The notes under the pieces: model-generated
What the model was told of the DNA's origin: nothing
Databases searched by the model: none
Seen by the model: the letters and a program-made list of their open reading frames with translations, nothing else
In this document: in pieces, positions 12,080-29,124 of the stretch
How positions within the stretch are numbered: position 1 is the stretch's first letter
How the letters are laid out: the number at the start of each line of letters is the position of its first letter
Translations under genes and position numbers: made by a program
NCBI GenBank assembly: GCA_964016885.1
Contig: OZ024745.1
Span: 124,062,001-124,126,000, forward strand
Length of the DNA stretch: 64,000 nt
Reading direction: 5' to 3'
Origin: Eledone cirrhosa
Lineage: Eukaryota

Positions 12080-12290
12080 ACATTAGGTGGTTAGAATGTC
12101 TCAGGAAAGAATCGCTGGACAGATTGTATAAAACGAACTGGCAGCAGACCTAGGGGCAGACCTAGGGGCAGACCTAGGGGCAGACCTAGGGGCAGACCTA
12201 GGGGCAAATGGGTTGGATAACTTCCATGAGCTTGACTGGTCTCACTTGTGGATCCTGCCAGATCAGTTGGAGATGGTTGCTCCAGACAGG
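12080..12290 (+). mobile_element. Degenerate RTE-like ORF C-terminus with a 12-bp tandem expansion
   Basis: (GGCAGACCTAGG)x5 encodes repeated RPRG, the RPRGRP..W motif of RTE C-termini. Confidence 0.6.
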
Positions 12291-15200
12291 ACCACACAAC
12301 ACCAACAACCTGACAACACCAACAACTACACAACACCAACAACCTGACAACACCAACAACTACACAACAACAACAACCACACAACAACTACACAACACCA
12401 ACAACACCAACAACCACACAACACCAACAACCACACAACACCAACAACCACACAACAACAACAACCACACAACACCAGCAACTACACAACACCAACAACC
12501 TGACAACACCAACAACCACACAACACCAACAACCTGACAACACCAACAACCACACAACACCAACAACCTCACAACACCAACAACCACACAACACCAACAA
12601 CTACACAACACCAACAACTACACAACACCAACAACCTGACAACACCAACAACCTAACAACACTAACAACCTGACAACACCAACAACCACACAACACCAAC
12701 AACCACACAACACCAACAACCTGACAACACCAACAACCACACAACACCAACAACCTGACAACACCAACAACTACACAACAACAACAACCACACAACACCA
12801 ACAACTACACAACACCAACAACTACACAACACCAACAACACCAACAACCACACAACACCAACAACCACACAACACCAACAACCACACAACAACAACAACC
12901 ACACAACACCAACAACTACACAACACCAACAACCTGACAACACCAACAACCACACAACACCAACAACCTGACAACACCAACAACCACACTACACCAACAA
13001 CCTGACAACACCAACAACCACACAACACCAACAACTACACAACACCAACAACTACACAACACCAACAACCTGACAACACCAACAACACCAACAACCTAAC
13101 AACACTAACAACCTGACAACACCAACAACCACACAACACCAACAACCACACAACACCAACAACCTGACAACACCAACAACCACACAACACCAACAACCTG
13201 ACAACACCAACAACTACACAACAACAACAACCACACAACACCAACAACTACACAACACCAACAACCTGACAACACCAACAACCACACAACACCAACAACC
13301 ACACAACACCAACAACCACACAGCACCAACAACTACACAACAACAACCACACAACAACAACAACAACCACACAACACCAACAACTACACAACACCAACAA
13401 CCACACAACAACAACAACAACCACACAACACCAACAACCACACAACACCAACAACCACACAACACCAACAACTACACAACGCCAACAACCTGACAACGCC
13501 AACAACCACACAACACCAACAACCACACAACACCAACAACCAGACAACACCAACAACCACACAACACCAACAACCAGAAAACACCAACAACTACACAACA
13601 CCAACAACCACTCAACACCAACAACCACACAACACCAACAACTACACAACACCAACAACCAGACAACACCAACAACCACACAACACCAACAACTACACAA
13701 CACCAACAACCATACAACACCAACAACCACACAACACCAACAACCTAACAACACTAACAACCACACAACACCAACAACCACACAACACCAACAACTACAC
13801 AACACCAACAACCTGACAACACCAACAACCACACAACACCAACAACCTGACAACACCAACAACCACACAACACCAACAACCTGACAACACCAACAACCAC
13901 ACAACACCAACAACCACACAACACCAACAACCTGACAACACCAACAACCACACAACACCAACAACCTGACAACACCAACATCTACACAACACCAACAACT
14001 ACACAACACCAACAACCTGACAACGCCAACAACCACACAACACCAACAACCACACAACACCAACAACCAGACAACACCAACAACCACACAACACCAACAA
14101 CCAGACAACACCAACAACCACACAACACCAACAACCAGACAACACCAACAACTACACAACACCAACAACCACACAACACCAACAACCACACAACACCAAC
14201 AACTACACAACACCAACAACCAGACAACACCAACAACCAGACAACACCAACAACCACACAACACCAACAACCAGACAACACCAACAACTACACAACACCA
14301 ACAACCACACAACACCAACAACCACACAACACCAACAACTACACAACACCAACAACCAGACAACACCAACAACCACACAACACCAACAACCAGACAACAC
14401 CAACAACCACACAACACCAACAACCAGACAACACCAACAACTACACAACACCAACAACCACACAACACCAACAACCACACAACACCAACAAATACACAAC
14501 ACCAACAACCATACAACACCAACAACCACACAACACCAACAACTACACAACACCAACAACCACACAACACCAACAACCACACAACAACTACACAACACCA
14601 ACAACACCAACAACCACACAACACCAACAACCACACAACACCAACAACCACACAACAACAACAACCACACAACACCAGCAACTACACAACACCAACAACC
14701 TGACAACACCAACAACCACACAACAACAACAACCTGACAACACCAACAACCACACAACACCAACAACCTCACAACACCAACAACCACACAACACCAACAA
14801 CTACACAACACCAACAACTACACAACACCAACAACCTGACAACACCAACAACCTAACAACACTAACAACCTGACAACACCAACAACCACACAACACCAAC
14901 AACCACACCACACCAACAACCTGACAACACCAACAACTACACAACAACAACAACCACACAACACCAACAACTACACAACACCAACAACACCAACAACCAC
15001 ACAACACCAACAACCACACAACACCAACAACCACACAACAACAACAACCACACAACACCAGCAACTACACAACACCAACAACCTGACAACACCAACAACC
15101 ACACAACAACAACAACCTGACAACACCAACAACCACACAACACCAACAACCTCACAACACCAACAACCACACAACACCAACAACTACACAACACCAACAA

Positions 15201-18200
15201 CTACACAACACCAACAACCTGACAACACCAACAACCTAACAACACTAACAACCTGACAACACCAACAACCACACAACACCAACAACCACACCACACCAAC
15301 AACCTGACAACACCAACAACTACACAACACCAACAACCTGACAACACCAACAACCACACAACACCAACAACATGACAACACCAACAACTACACAACAACA
15401 ACAACCACACAACACCAACAACTACACAACACCAACAACACCAACAACCACACAACACCAACAACCACACAACACCAACAACCACACAACAACAACAACC
15501 ACACAACACCAACAACTACACAACACCAACAACCTGACAACAACCACACAACACCAACAACCTGACAACACCAACAACCACACAACACCAACAACCACAC
15601 AACACCAACAACCTGACAACACCAACAACCACACAACACCAACAACCTGACAACACCAACAACTACACAACAACAACAACCACACAACACCAACAACTAC
15701 ACAACACCAACAACCTGACAACACCAACAACCACACAACACCAACAACCACACAACACCAACAACCACACAGCACCAACAACTACACAACAACAACCACA
15801 CAACAACAACAACAACCACACAACACCAACAACTACACAACACCAACAACCACACAACAACAACAACAACCACACAACACCAACAACCACACAACACCAA
15901 CAACCACACAACACCAACAACTACACAACACCAACAACCACACAACACCAACAACTACACAACGCCAACAACCTGACAACGCCAACAACCACACAACACC
16001 AACAACCACACAACACCAACAACCAGACAACACCAACAACCACACAACACCAACAACCAGACAACACCTACAACCACACAACACCAACAACCAGAAAACA
16101 CCAACAACTACACAACACCAACAACCACTCAACACCAACAACCACACAACACCAACAACTACACAACACCAACAACCAGACAACACCAACAACCACACAA
16201 CACCAACAACTACACAACACCAACAACCATACAACACCAACAACCACACAACACCAACAACCTAACAACACTAACAACCACACAACACCAACAACCACAC
16301 AACACCAACAACTACACAACACCAACAACCTGACAACACCAACAACCACACAACACCAACAACCTGACAACACCAACAACCACACAACACCAACAACCTG
16401 ACAACACCAACAACCACACAACACCAACAACCACACAACACCAACAACCTGACAACACCAACAACCACACAACACCAACAACCTGACAACACCAACATCT
16501 ACACAACACCAACAACCAGACAACACCAACAACCACACAACACCAACAACCTGACAACACCAACAACCACACAACACCAACAACCACACAACACCAACAA
16601 CCTGACAACACCAACATCTACACAACACCAACAACCTGACAACACCAACAACTACACAACACCAACAACTACACAACACCAACAACCTGACAACGCCAAC
16701 AACCACACAACACCAACAACCACACAACACCAACAACCAGACAACACCAACAACCACACAACACCAACAACCAGCCAACACCAACAACCACACAACACCA
16801 ACAACCAGACAACACCAACAACTACACAACACCAACAACCACACAACACCAACAACCACACAACACCAACAACTACACAACACCAACAACCAGACAACAC
16901 CAACAACCAGACAACACCAACAACCACACAACACCAACAACCAGACAACACCAACAACTACACAACACCAACAACCACACAACACCAACAACCACACAAC
17001 ACCAACAACTACACAACACCAACAACCAGACAACACCAACAACCAGACAACACCAACAACTACACAACACCAACAACCACACAACACCAACAACCACACA
17101 ACACCAACAACCAGACAACACCAACAACCAGACAACACCAACAACCACACAACACCAACAACCAGACAACACCAACAACCACACAACACCAACAACCAGA
17201 CAACACCAACAACTACACAACACCAACAACCACACAACACCAACAACCACACAACACCAACAAATACACAACACCAACAACCATACAACACCAACAACCA
17301 CACAACACCAACAACTACACAACACCAACAACCACACAACACCAACAACACCAACAACCACACAACACCAACAACCACACAACACCAACAACCACACAAC
17401 AACAACAACCACACAACACCAGCAACTACACAACACCAACAACCTGACAACACCAACAACCACACAACACCAACAACCTGACAACACCAACAACCACACA
17501 ACACCAACAACCTCACAACACCAACAACCACACAACACCAACAACTACACAACACCAACAACTACACAACACCAACAACCTGACAACACCAACAACCTAA
17601 CAACACTAACAACCTGACAACACCAACAACCACACAACACCAACAACCACACCACACCAACAACCTGACAACACCAACAACCACACAACACCAACAACAT
17701 GACAACACCAACAACTACACAACAACAACAACCACACAACACCAACAACTACACAACACCAACAACACCAACAACCACACAACACCAACAACCACACAAC
17801 ACCAACAACCACACAACAACAACAACCACACAACACCAACAACTACACAACACCAACAACCTGACAACACCAACAACCACACAACACCAACAACCTGACA
17901 ACACCAACAACCACACAACACCAACAACCTGACAACACCAACAACCACACAACACCAACAACTACACGACACCAACAACTACACAACACCAACAACCTGA
18001 CAACACCAACAACCTAACAACACTAACAACCTGACAACACCAACAACCACACAACACCAACAACCACACAACACCAACAACCTGACAACACCAACAACCA
18101 CACAACACCAACAACCTGACAACACCAACAACTACACAACAACAACAACCACACAACACCAACAACTACACAACACCAACAACCTGACAACACCAACAAC

Positions 18201-21200
18201 CACACAACACCAACAACTACACAACACCAACAACTACACAACACCAACAACCTGACAACACCAACAACCTAACAACACTAACAACCTGACAACACCAACA
18301 ACCACACAACACCAACAACCACACAACACCAACAACCTGACAACACCAACAACCACACAACACCAACAACCTGACAACACCAACAACTACACAACAACAA
18401 CAACCACACAACACCAACAACTACACAACACCAACAACCTGACAACACCAACAACCACACAACACCAACAACCACACAACACCAACTACCACACAGCACC
18501 AACAACTACACAACAACAACAACCACACAACAACAACAACAACCACACAACACCAACAACTACACAACACCAACAACCACACAACAACAACAACAACCAC
18601 ACAACACCAACAACCACACAACACCAACAACCACACAACACCAACAACTACACAATACCAACAACCACACAACACCAACAACTACACAACACCAACAACC
18701 TGACAACGCCAACAACCACACAACACCAACAACCACACAACACCAACAACCAGACAACACCAACAACCACACAACACCAATAACCAGACAACACCAACAA
18801 CCACACAACACCAACAACCAGAAAACACCAACAACTACACAACACCAACAACCACACAACACCAACAACCACACAACACCAACAACTACACAACACCAAC
18901 AACCAGACAACACCAACAACCACACAACACCAACAACTACACAACACCAACAACCATACAACACCAACAACCACACAACACCAACAACCACACAACACCA
19001 ACAACCTAACAACACTAACAACCACACAACACCAACAACCACACAACACCAACAACTACACAACACCAACAACCTGACAACACCAACAACCACACAACAC
19101 CAACAACCTGACAACACCAACAACCACACAACACCAACAACCACACAACACCAACAACCTGACAACAACAACAACCACACAACACCAACAACTACACAAC
19201 ACCAACAACCTGACAACACCAACAACCTAACAACACTAACAACCTGACAACACCAACAACCACACAACACCAACAACCACACAACACCAACAACCACACA
19301 ACACCAACAACCTGACAACACCAACAACCACACAACACCAACAACCTGACAACACCAACAACTACACAACAACAACAACCACACAACACCAACAACTACA
19401 CAACACCAACAACCTGACAACACCAACAACCACACAACACCAACAACCACACAACACCAACAACCTGACAACACCAACAACCACACAACACCAACAACTA
19501 CACAACAACAACAACCACACAACACCAACAACTACACAACACCAACAACTACACAACACCAACAACCACACAACACCAACAACCACACAACACCAACAAC
19601 CTGACAACACCAACAACCACACAACACCAACAACCTGACAACACCAACAACTACACAACAACAACAACCACACAACACCAACAACCACACAACACCAACA
19701 ACCTGACAACACCAACAACCACACAACACCAACAACCTGACAACACCAACAACTACACAACAACAACAACCACACAACACCAACAACCACACAACACCAA
19801 CAACCTGACAACACCAACAACTACACAACAACAACAACCACACAACACCAACAACTACACAACACCAACAACCACAAAACACCAACAACCACACAACACC
19901 AACAACCACACAACACCAACAACCACACAGCACCAACAACTACACAACAACAACCACACAACAACAACAACAACCACACAACACCAACAACTACACAACA
20001 CCAACAACCACACAACAACAACAACCACACAACACCAACAACCACATAACACCAACAACCACACAACACCAACAACCACACAACACCAACAACTACACAA
20101 CACCAACAACCTGACAACACCAACAACCACACAACACCAACAACCACACAACACCAACTACCACACAGCACCAACAACTACACAACAACAACAACCACAC
20201 AACAACAACAACAACCACACAACAACTACACAACACCAACAACCACACAACAACAACAACAACCACACAACACCAACAACCACACAACACCAACAACCAC
20301 ACAACACCAACAACTACACAATACCAACAACCACACAACACCAACAACTACACAACACCAACAACCTGACAACGCCAACAACCACACAACACCAACAACC
20401 ACACAACACCAACAACCAGACAACACCAACAACCACACAACACCAATAACCAGACAACACCAACAACCACACAACACCAACAACCAGACAACACCAACAA
20501 CCACACAACACCAACAACCACACAACACCAACAACCAGACAACACCAACAACCACACAACACCAACAACTACACAACACCAACAACCATACAACACCAAC
20601 AACCACACAACACCAACAACCACACAACACCAACAACCTAACAACACTAACAACCACACAACACCAACAACCACACAACACCAACAACTACACAACACCA
20701 ACAACCTGACAACACCAACAACCACACAACACCAACAACCTGACAACACCAACAACCACACAACACCAACAACCACACAACACCAACAACCTGACAACAA
20801 CAACAACCACACAACACCAACAACTACACAACACCAACAACCTGACAACACCAACAACCTAACAACACCAACAACCACACAACACCAACAACCTGACAAC
20901 ACCAACAACCACACAACACCAACAACCTGACAACACCAACAACCTGACAACACCAACAACCTAACAACACCAACAACCACACAACACCAACAACCTGACA
21001 ACACCAACAACCACACTACACCAACAACCAGACAACACCAACAACTACACAACACCAACAACCACACAACACCAACAACCACACAACACCAACAACCTGA
21101 CAACACCAACAACCACACAACACCAACAACCTGACAACACCAACAACTACACAACAACAACAACCACACAACACCAACAACTACACAACACCAACAACCT

Positions 21201-24200
21201 GACAACACCAACAACCACACAACACCAACAACCACACAACACCAACAACCTGACAACACCAACAACCACACAACACCAACAACTACACAACAACAACAAC
21301 CACACAACACCAACAACTACACAACACCAACAACTACACAACACCAACAACCACACAACACCAACAACCACACAACACCAACAACCTGACAACACCAACA
21401 ACCACACAACACCAAGAACCTGACAACACCAACAACTACACAACAACAACAACCACACAACACCAACAACCACACAACACCAACAACCTGACAACACCAA
21501 CAACCACACAACACCAACAACCTGACAACACCAACAACTACACAACAACAACAACCACACAACACCAACAACCACACAACACCAACAACCTGACAACACC
21601 AACAACTACACAACAACAACAACCACACAACACCAACAACTACACAACACCAACAACCACAAAACACCAACAACCACACAACACCAACAACCACACCACA
21701 CCAACAACCTGACAACACCAACAACCACACAACACCAACAACCACACAGCACCAACAACTACACAACAACAACCACACAACAACAACAACAACCACACAA
21801 CACCAACAACCACATAACACCAACAACCACACAACACCAACAACCACACAACACCAACAACTACACAACACCAACAACCTGACAACACCAACAACCACAC
21901 AACACCAACAACCTGACAACACCAACAACCACACAACACCAACAACCACACAACACCAACAACCTGACAACACCAACAACCACACAACACCTACAACCTG
22001 ACAACACCAACAACTACACAACACCAACAACTACACAACACCAACAACCTGACAACGCCAACAACCACACAACACCAACAACCACACAACACCAACAACC
22101 AGACAACACCAACAACCACACAACACCAACAACCAGACAACACCAACAACCACACAACACCAACAACCAGACAACACCAACAACTACACAACACCAACAA
22201 CCACACAACACCAACAACCACACAACACCAACAACTACACAACACCAACAACCACACAACACCAACAACCACACAACACCAACAACTACACAACACCAAC
22301 AACTACACAACACCAACAACTACACAACACCAACAACCAGACAACACCAACAACCACACAACACCAACAACCACACAACACCAACAACTACACAACACCA
22401 ACAACCACACAACACCAACAACCACACAACACCAACAACTACACAACACCAACAACCACACAACACCAACAACCACACAACACCAACAACTACACAACAC
22501 CAACAACTACACAACACCAACAACTACACAACACCAACAACCAGACAACACCAACAACCACACAACACCAACAACCACACAACACCAACAACTACACAAC
22601 ACCAACAACCTGACAACACCAACAACTACACAACACCAACAACCACACAACACCAACAACCACACAACACCAACAACTACACAACACCAACAACCAGACA
22701 ACACCAACAACCAGACAACACCAACAACCACACAACACCAACAACCACACAACACCAACAACCACACAACACCAACAACCACACAACACCAACAACCAGA
22801 CAACACCAACAACTACACAACACCAACAACCACACAACACCAACAACCACACAACACCAACAACTACACAACACCAACAACCACACAACACCAACAACTA
22901 CACAACACCAACAACCACACAACACCAACAACCACACAACACCAACAACCACACAACACCAACAACTACACAACACCAACAACCACACAACACCAACAAC
23001 CACACAACACCAACAACCAGACAACACCAACAACCACACAACACCAACAACCACACAACACCAACAACCAGACAACACCAACAACTACACAACACCAACA
23101 ACCACACAACACCAACAACCACACAACACCAACAACTACACAACACCAACAACCAGACAACACCAACAACTACACAACACCAACAACCACACAACACCAA
23201 CAACCACACAACACCAACAACCACACAACACCAACAACCACACAACACCAACAACCAGACAACACCAACAACTACACAACACCAACAACCACACAACACC
23301 AACAACCACACAACACCAACAACTACACAACACCAACAACCAGACAACACCAACAACTACACAACACCAACAACCACACAACACCAACAACCACACAACA
23401 CCAACAACCAGACAACACCAACAACCACACAACACCAACAACCAGACAACACCAACAACTACACAACACCAACAACCACACAACACCAACAACCACACAA
23501 CACCAACAACTACACAACACCAACAACCAGACAACACCAACAACCACACAACACCAACAACCACACAACACCAACAACCACACAACACCAACAACTACAC
23601 AACACCAACAACCAGACAACACCAACAACCAGACAACACCAACAACTACACAACACCAACAACCACACAACACCAACAACCACACAACACCAACAACTAC
23701 ACAACACCAACAACCAGACAACACCAACAACCACACAACACCAACAACCAGACAACACCAACAACCACACAACACCAACAACCAGACAACACCAACAACT
23801 ACACAACACCAACAACCACACAACACCAACAACCACACAACACCAACAAATACACAACACCAACAACCATACAACACCAACAACCACACAACACCAACAA
23901 CTACACAACACCAACAACCACACAACACCAACAACCTAACAACACTAACAACCACACAACACCAACAACCACACAACACCAACAACTACACAACACCAAC
24001 AACCAGACAACACCAACAACCAGACAACACCAACAACCACACAACACCAACAACCACACAACACCAACAACCTAACAACACTAACAACCACACAACACCA
24101 ACAACCACACAACACCAACAACTACACAACACCAACAACCAGACAACAACTAAACAACACCAACAACCAGACAACACCAACAACCACACAACACCAACAA

Positions 24201-24658
24201 CCAGACAACAACTAAACAACACCAACAACCAGACAACACCAACAACCACACAACACCAACAACTACACAACACCAACAACCAGACAACAACTAAACAACA
24301 CCAACAACCACACAACACCAACAACTACACAACACCAACAACCAGACAACAACTAAACAACACCAACAACCAGACAACACCAACAACCACACAACACCAA
24401 CAACTATACAACACCAACAACCAGACAACACCAACAGCCACACAACACCAACAACTACACAACACCAACAACCAGACAACAACTAAACAACACCAACAGC
24501 CACACAACACCAACAACTACACAACACCAACAACCAGACAATAACTAAACAACACCATCAACCAGACAACACCAACAACCACACAACACCAACAACTATA
24601 CAACACCAACAACCAGACAACAACTAAACAACACCAACAACCACACAACACCAACAAT
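12291..24658. repeat. 17-bp satellite array of ~12.4 kb (roughly 720 units) with higher-order repeats
   Basis: Unit ACAACACCAACAAC followed mainly by CAC, TAC, CTG, CAG, CTA, CAT or CTC. Confidence 0.97.
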
Positions 24659-24687
24659 CAAAAATATTAAGAATGATATATCTAATA

Positions 24688-24945
24688 ATTGTTTCTTCTT
24701 TTGGCACAAGGCCAGCAATTATACCAGTGTATTACTGGTACTTTATTTTATTGACCCTATAAGGTTGAAAGGTAAAGTTAACCTTGGCGGGATTTTAACT
24801 CAGACCATACAGGGCCATAACTCTATTTGAGAGGAGAAGAAAGTCAATTGTATCGACCTAAGTACATTACTGGTATTATATATGATTGACCTTGGAAGGA
24901 TGAAAAGCAAAGATGATCATCTTCAGATTTGAACACAGAATGTTG
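24688..24945 (-). mobile_element. Two degenerate SINE S1 fragments
   Basis: Homology to the S1 body. Confidence 0.75.
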
Positions 24946-24954
24946 AAAGTCATA

Positions 24955-25610
24955 ACATAACAGCAACAAATTCAACAACAACAGCAACAACAGTGTAAAC
25001 ATCAACAACAGCAACAACAACAACAACAACAATAACAGCAACAACAACAACAAGAATAACAGCAACAACAACAACAACAACAACAACAAAAACATCAACA
25101 TTTGCGAAAACATCAACACCAGCAACAACAACAACAACAATAACAGCAACAATAACAACAACAGCAACACCTGTGAAAACATCAACACCAGCAACAACAG
25201 CAACAATAACAGCAATAATAACAACAACAACAACAGCAACACCTGCGAAAACATCAACACCAGCAACAACAACAACAATAACAGCAACAATAACAACAAC
25301 AACAACAGCAACATCTGTGAAAACATCAGCAACAACAGTGAAAATATCAACAACAACAGCAACAACAACAATTGCAAAATCAACACACATTAACAACAAC
25401 AATAACAGCAGCAAAGTCAACAGCAACAACAGCATCAACAACAGTGAAAACACCACCACCACCAACAACAACAGTGTAAATGTCAACAACAACAACAGCA
25501 ACAGTGAAAACATCTACAACAGCAACAGCAACAACAACAACAACAGTGTAAACATCAACAACAACAACAACAGTGTAAACATCAACAACAGCTGCAAAAT
25601 TAACATCAAT
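24955..25610. repeat. (CAA)n-derived low-complexity minisatellite
   Basis: Recurrent AAAACATCAACACCAGCAACAAC. Confidence 0.85.
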
Positions 25611-25720
25611 GACGAGTAGCGATTACAATAACCACCACCATCACCACCATCACCAACACAACCACCACCATCACCAACACAACCACCACCATCACCAACG
25701 CAACCACCACCACCACCACC

Positions 25721-26075
25721 ACAACATACCACAACATACCACAACAATCACCACCACCACCACCACCACTACCACCAACACAACCACCACCACCACCACC
25801 ACAACATACCACAACATACCACAACAATCACCACCACCACCACCACCACTACCACCAACACAACCACCACCACCACCACCACAACATACCACAACATACC
25901 ACAACAATCACCACCACCACCACCACCACTACCACCAACACAACCACCACCACCACCACCACAACATACCACAACATACCACAACAATCACCACCACCAC
26001 CACCACTACCACCAACACAACCACCACCACCACCACCACAACATACCACAACATACCACAACAATCACCACCACC
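25721..26075. repeat. 80-bp tandem repeat, about 4.5 copies
   Basis: ACAACATACCACAACATACCACAACAATCA(CCA)n CTACCACCAACACAA(CCA)n. Confidence 0.9.
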
Positions 26076-26264
26076 ACCAACACACACCACATATTATCAT
26101 CAACCAGCCCCTCCCCAATCACCACATATCGCCATCACCCCCCACCCCCCACGACCACCGCCACCACCAATTTAACAACAATCGCTGGTTGTTAAAATTG
26201 AAAATAATTATTTCAGAAAAATAAGAATGTTGTTGACATATTAGTTTTTCTGTTGATATTATTG

Positions 26265-26296
26265 TCATCACCATCATCATCACCACCACCACCACC

Positions 26297-26330
<34 letters not shown>

Positions 26331-27570
26331 CCAACATCATCATCACCAACATCATCATCACCAACATCATCATCATCATCATCATCACCATCAACATCAC
26401 CACCACCACCACCACCACCGCCATCATCATCATCATCATTATCATCATCATCATCATCATGGGTGACATCTGTTATTGTTATTGTTGCTGTTGATTGTTG
26501 TTTTTATCTATTTTTGTTGTTGTTGCTGTTTATTTTATTTGTCTCTTTGATTGGAAATAAATGTTATTTCTGTGGGCAGTATTCCATTGAAGAACTAAAT
26601 GGCACATCACTTTGGAGTGGCTTTCTCAAGACTAGAAACACAACACCACCACCACTGCACCACAACTGCACCACCAACACCACCACTGCACCACCACTGC
26701 ACCACCAACACCACCACCACCATTACCACTGCACCACCATCACCACTACACAACCAACGCCACCACCACTACCACTACACAACACCACCACCACTACCAC
26801 TACACAACACCACCACCACTACCACTGCACCACCAACACCACCACCACCATTACCACTGCACTACCAGCACCACTACACAACCAACACCACCACCACTAC
26901 CACTACACAACACCACCACCACTACCACTACACAACACCACCACCACTACCTCTGCACCACCAATACAACCACCACCATTACCACTGCACCACCATCACC
27001 ACTATACAACCAACACCACCACCACCACCACCACCACTGCACAACCAACAGCACCACCACTACCACTATACAGTTACCTCTACCACCAACACCACCACCT
27101 CCACCAACTACCACCAACATCAACACCAACACCAGCATCACAACCACAACCACTATACAATTACCATAATCCCCACCTCCACAACCACCACCACCAGCAT
27201 CACAACCACAACCACTAAACAATTACCATCACCACCAACCACCACCACCACCACCAACCACCACCACCACCACCACCACCATCACCACCACCATCACCCC
27301 CACCGCCACCACCACCATCACCACCACCATCATCACCATCACCATCACCACCACCACCATCACCACCACCATCACCACCACCACCACCATCACCACCACC
27401 ATCACCATCAACACCATCACCACCACTACCACCACCACCACCACCACCACCATCACCACCACCACCACCATCACCACCACCACCACCACCATCACCACCA
27501 TCACCACCACCATCACCATCACCACCATCACCATCACCACCATCACCATCACCACCACCACCATCATATT
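26265..27570. repeat. (CAC/CAT)n low-complexity tract
   Basis: Direct reading. Confidence 0.9.
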
Positions 27571-27967
27571 TCTACATTTGCCTGGAGCAGTGACATATTC
27601 TCACAACTAATCAAAACTGGCAATTCCATCCCTTAATCTGCTGTTGTCTGACATAGAACAATCTAGACAAGGCTTGAAAGATGGAGAGGAAGGGGGAGGA
27701 GGGGGAGGCGAAGAAGGGGGGTCGATGGGAGGATGTGTTCAAGATGGAGAAGAAGAAGGGGAAGGTGTGGGGGGGGTGAATAAGGGGGGGGGAGAAGAAG
27801 GAAGAGGAAGGGGAGAAGAGGGGAGAAGAAGTGGACAAGGCGGAGGAGTAGCTGAAGAAGGAGGGGGAGGGGAATTGGGGGGGGGGGGGGGACGAAGAAG
27901 AAGAAGAAGAAAATAGAAACGATGTTTACAAAGATACTTTACTGGCAAAAACACACTCATCACAATC

Positions 27968-27999
<32 letters not shown>

Positions 28000-28957
28000 T
28001 GACTTCATCATCACCATCACAATCATGATAGACTAATTGCTTTTCTGTATTTTGTTGTGCCCCTTTATTTACTGAGTTGAAATCCTGAAAAGAATGACTT
28101 TGGACACATTGGATAATGTAGTCCTAGATATATTATGTCTTGAGAAAATAGACAAAGTGGTTGTGGCTAAAACATTGTTAATAATAAGTTCGCTCGATTA
28201 GAGAAGATCTGGGCTAAACATCAACAACAACAATCACAAACATTTTCAAAGGCTACATTAGCAAGTTTTACTACATTAGGCAATGGAGTCTTTTTGAAAA
28301 AAGAAAAAAATTGTTTCAATTATGCACTAAAATATTAATGCATTATCAATACCATTAGTCTTCTGGTACTTTAGATACACTAGGAAGCAATTTCTAGATG
28401 TACTGAGAGAGGGGTGTGGGATATCATTATTCTTCATGTTCTCTATAAATACTAAGAAGCAATTCTAGATCTACAGCAGAATGAGATGAAATTTCTTTTG
28501 ACTATATTTCAGAAAGAGTGGATATGTTGTATACATGGGCTTTTGAATATGTTTTCTGTGAATCCATGATACCATTTTAAGTTTGGTCATTTTTTGGCTT
28601 GTTACACAGGTTCACTTGGAATAAGGTGAACATCTTTGCATTGCTAACAGAACAATTCCATGTCCGTTTTTTATTAGATTTATGATCAAAGATATTTTGG
28701 TTGTGGTCATGCCATATAATTTATCAGTGACAGTATATAAAAAATTACATTATCCAATGTGTCTTTCACTTTTAAAGATATTAAGGTGTTGTTTGAAGGA
28801 GATTTAGTAGAATATTTCTAGCAGGTTCAACAACCATATAGTGATTCCATCATTGGGTTGTTTACATGACATAGTTGATGTAAAATGTCCAAGAGGGTAA
28901 AATATGCTAATTTATATGATCATATCTACTGTAGGTGTTTATTCAAACTTCTATTAA

Positions 28958-29124
28958 CCCTTTAGCATTCACATTATTCTATATATACTATTATATTTTC
29001 ATTGTAAAGGCTTTACCTCACATAATTATCTCACATAATATTGAATCTATGAGATTTTGAAAATATTTCAACAGAAACAGGTAGAGAATTCTGGCCGGTT
29101 TTGGCTGGTTTGAACATTAAAGGG
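28958..29124. mobile_element. piggyBac-like MITE pB-A, internally deleted
   Basis: TTAA-CCCTTTAG...TAAAGGG-TTAA. Confidence 0.8.

Noticed and set aside
12291-24658. Long Cys/Trp/Val-rich or Thr/Gln/His-rich ORFs; CRISPR-like appearance
   Set aside because: A 17-bp period cycles through all frames, and common variants create TGA/TAG stops. There are no unique spacers or cas genes, and the context is eukaryotic.
12291-24658. Telomeric or G-quadruplex repeat
   Set aside because: Not TTAGGG-like, interstitial, and the G-rich strand has only GG runs.
26253-27636. His-rich, Pro-rich or Gly-rich structural protein ORFs (also 38150-39246, 54442-55710, 60624-62227, 62910-63482)
   Set aside because: Open in several frames and on both strands because of trinucleotide repeats; no signal peptide, domain or splice evidence.
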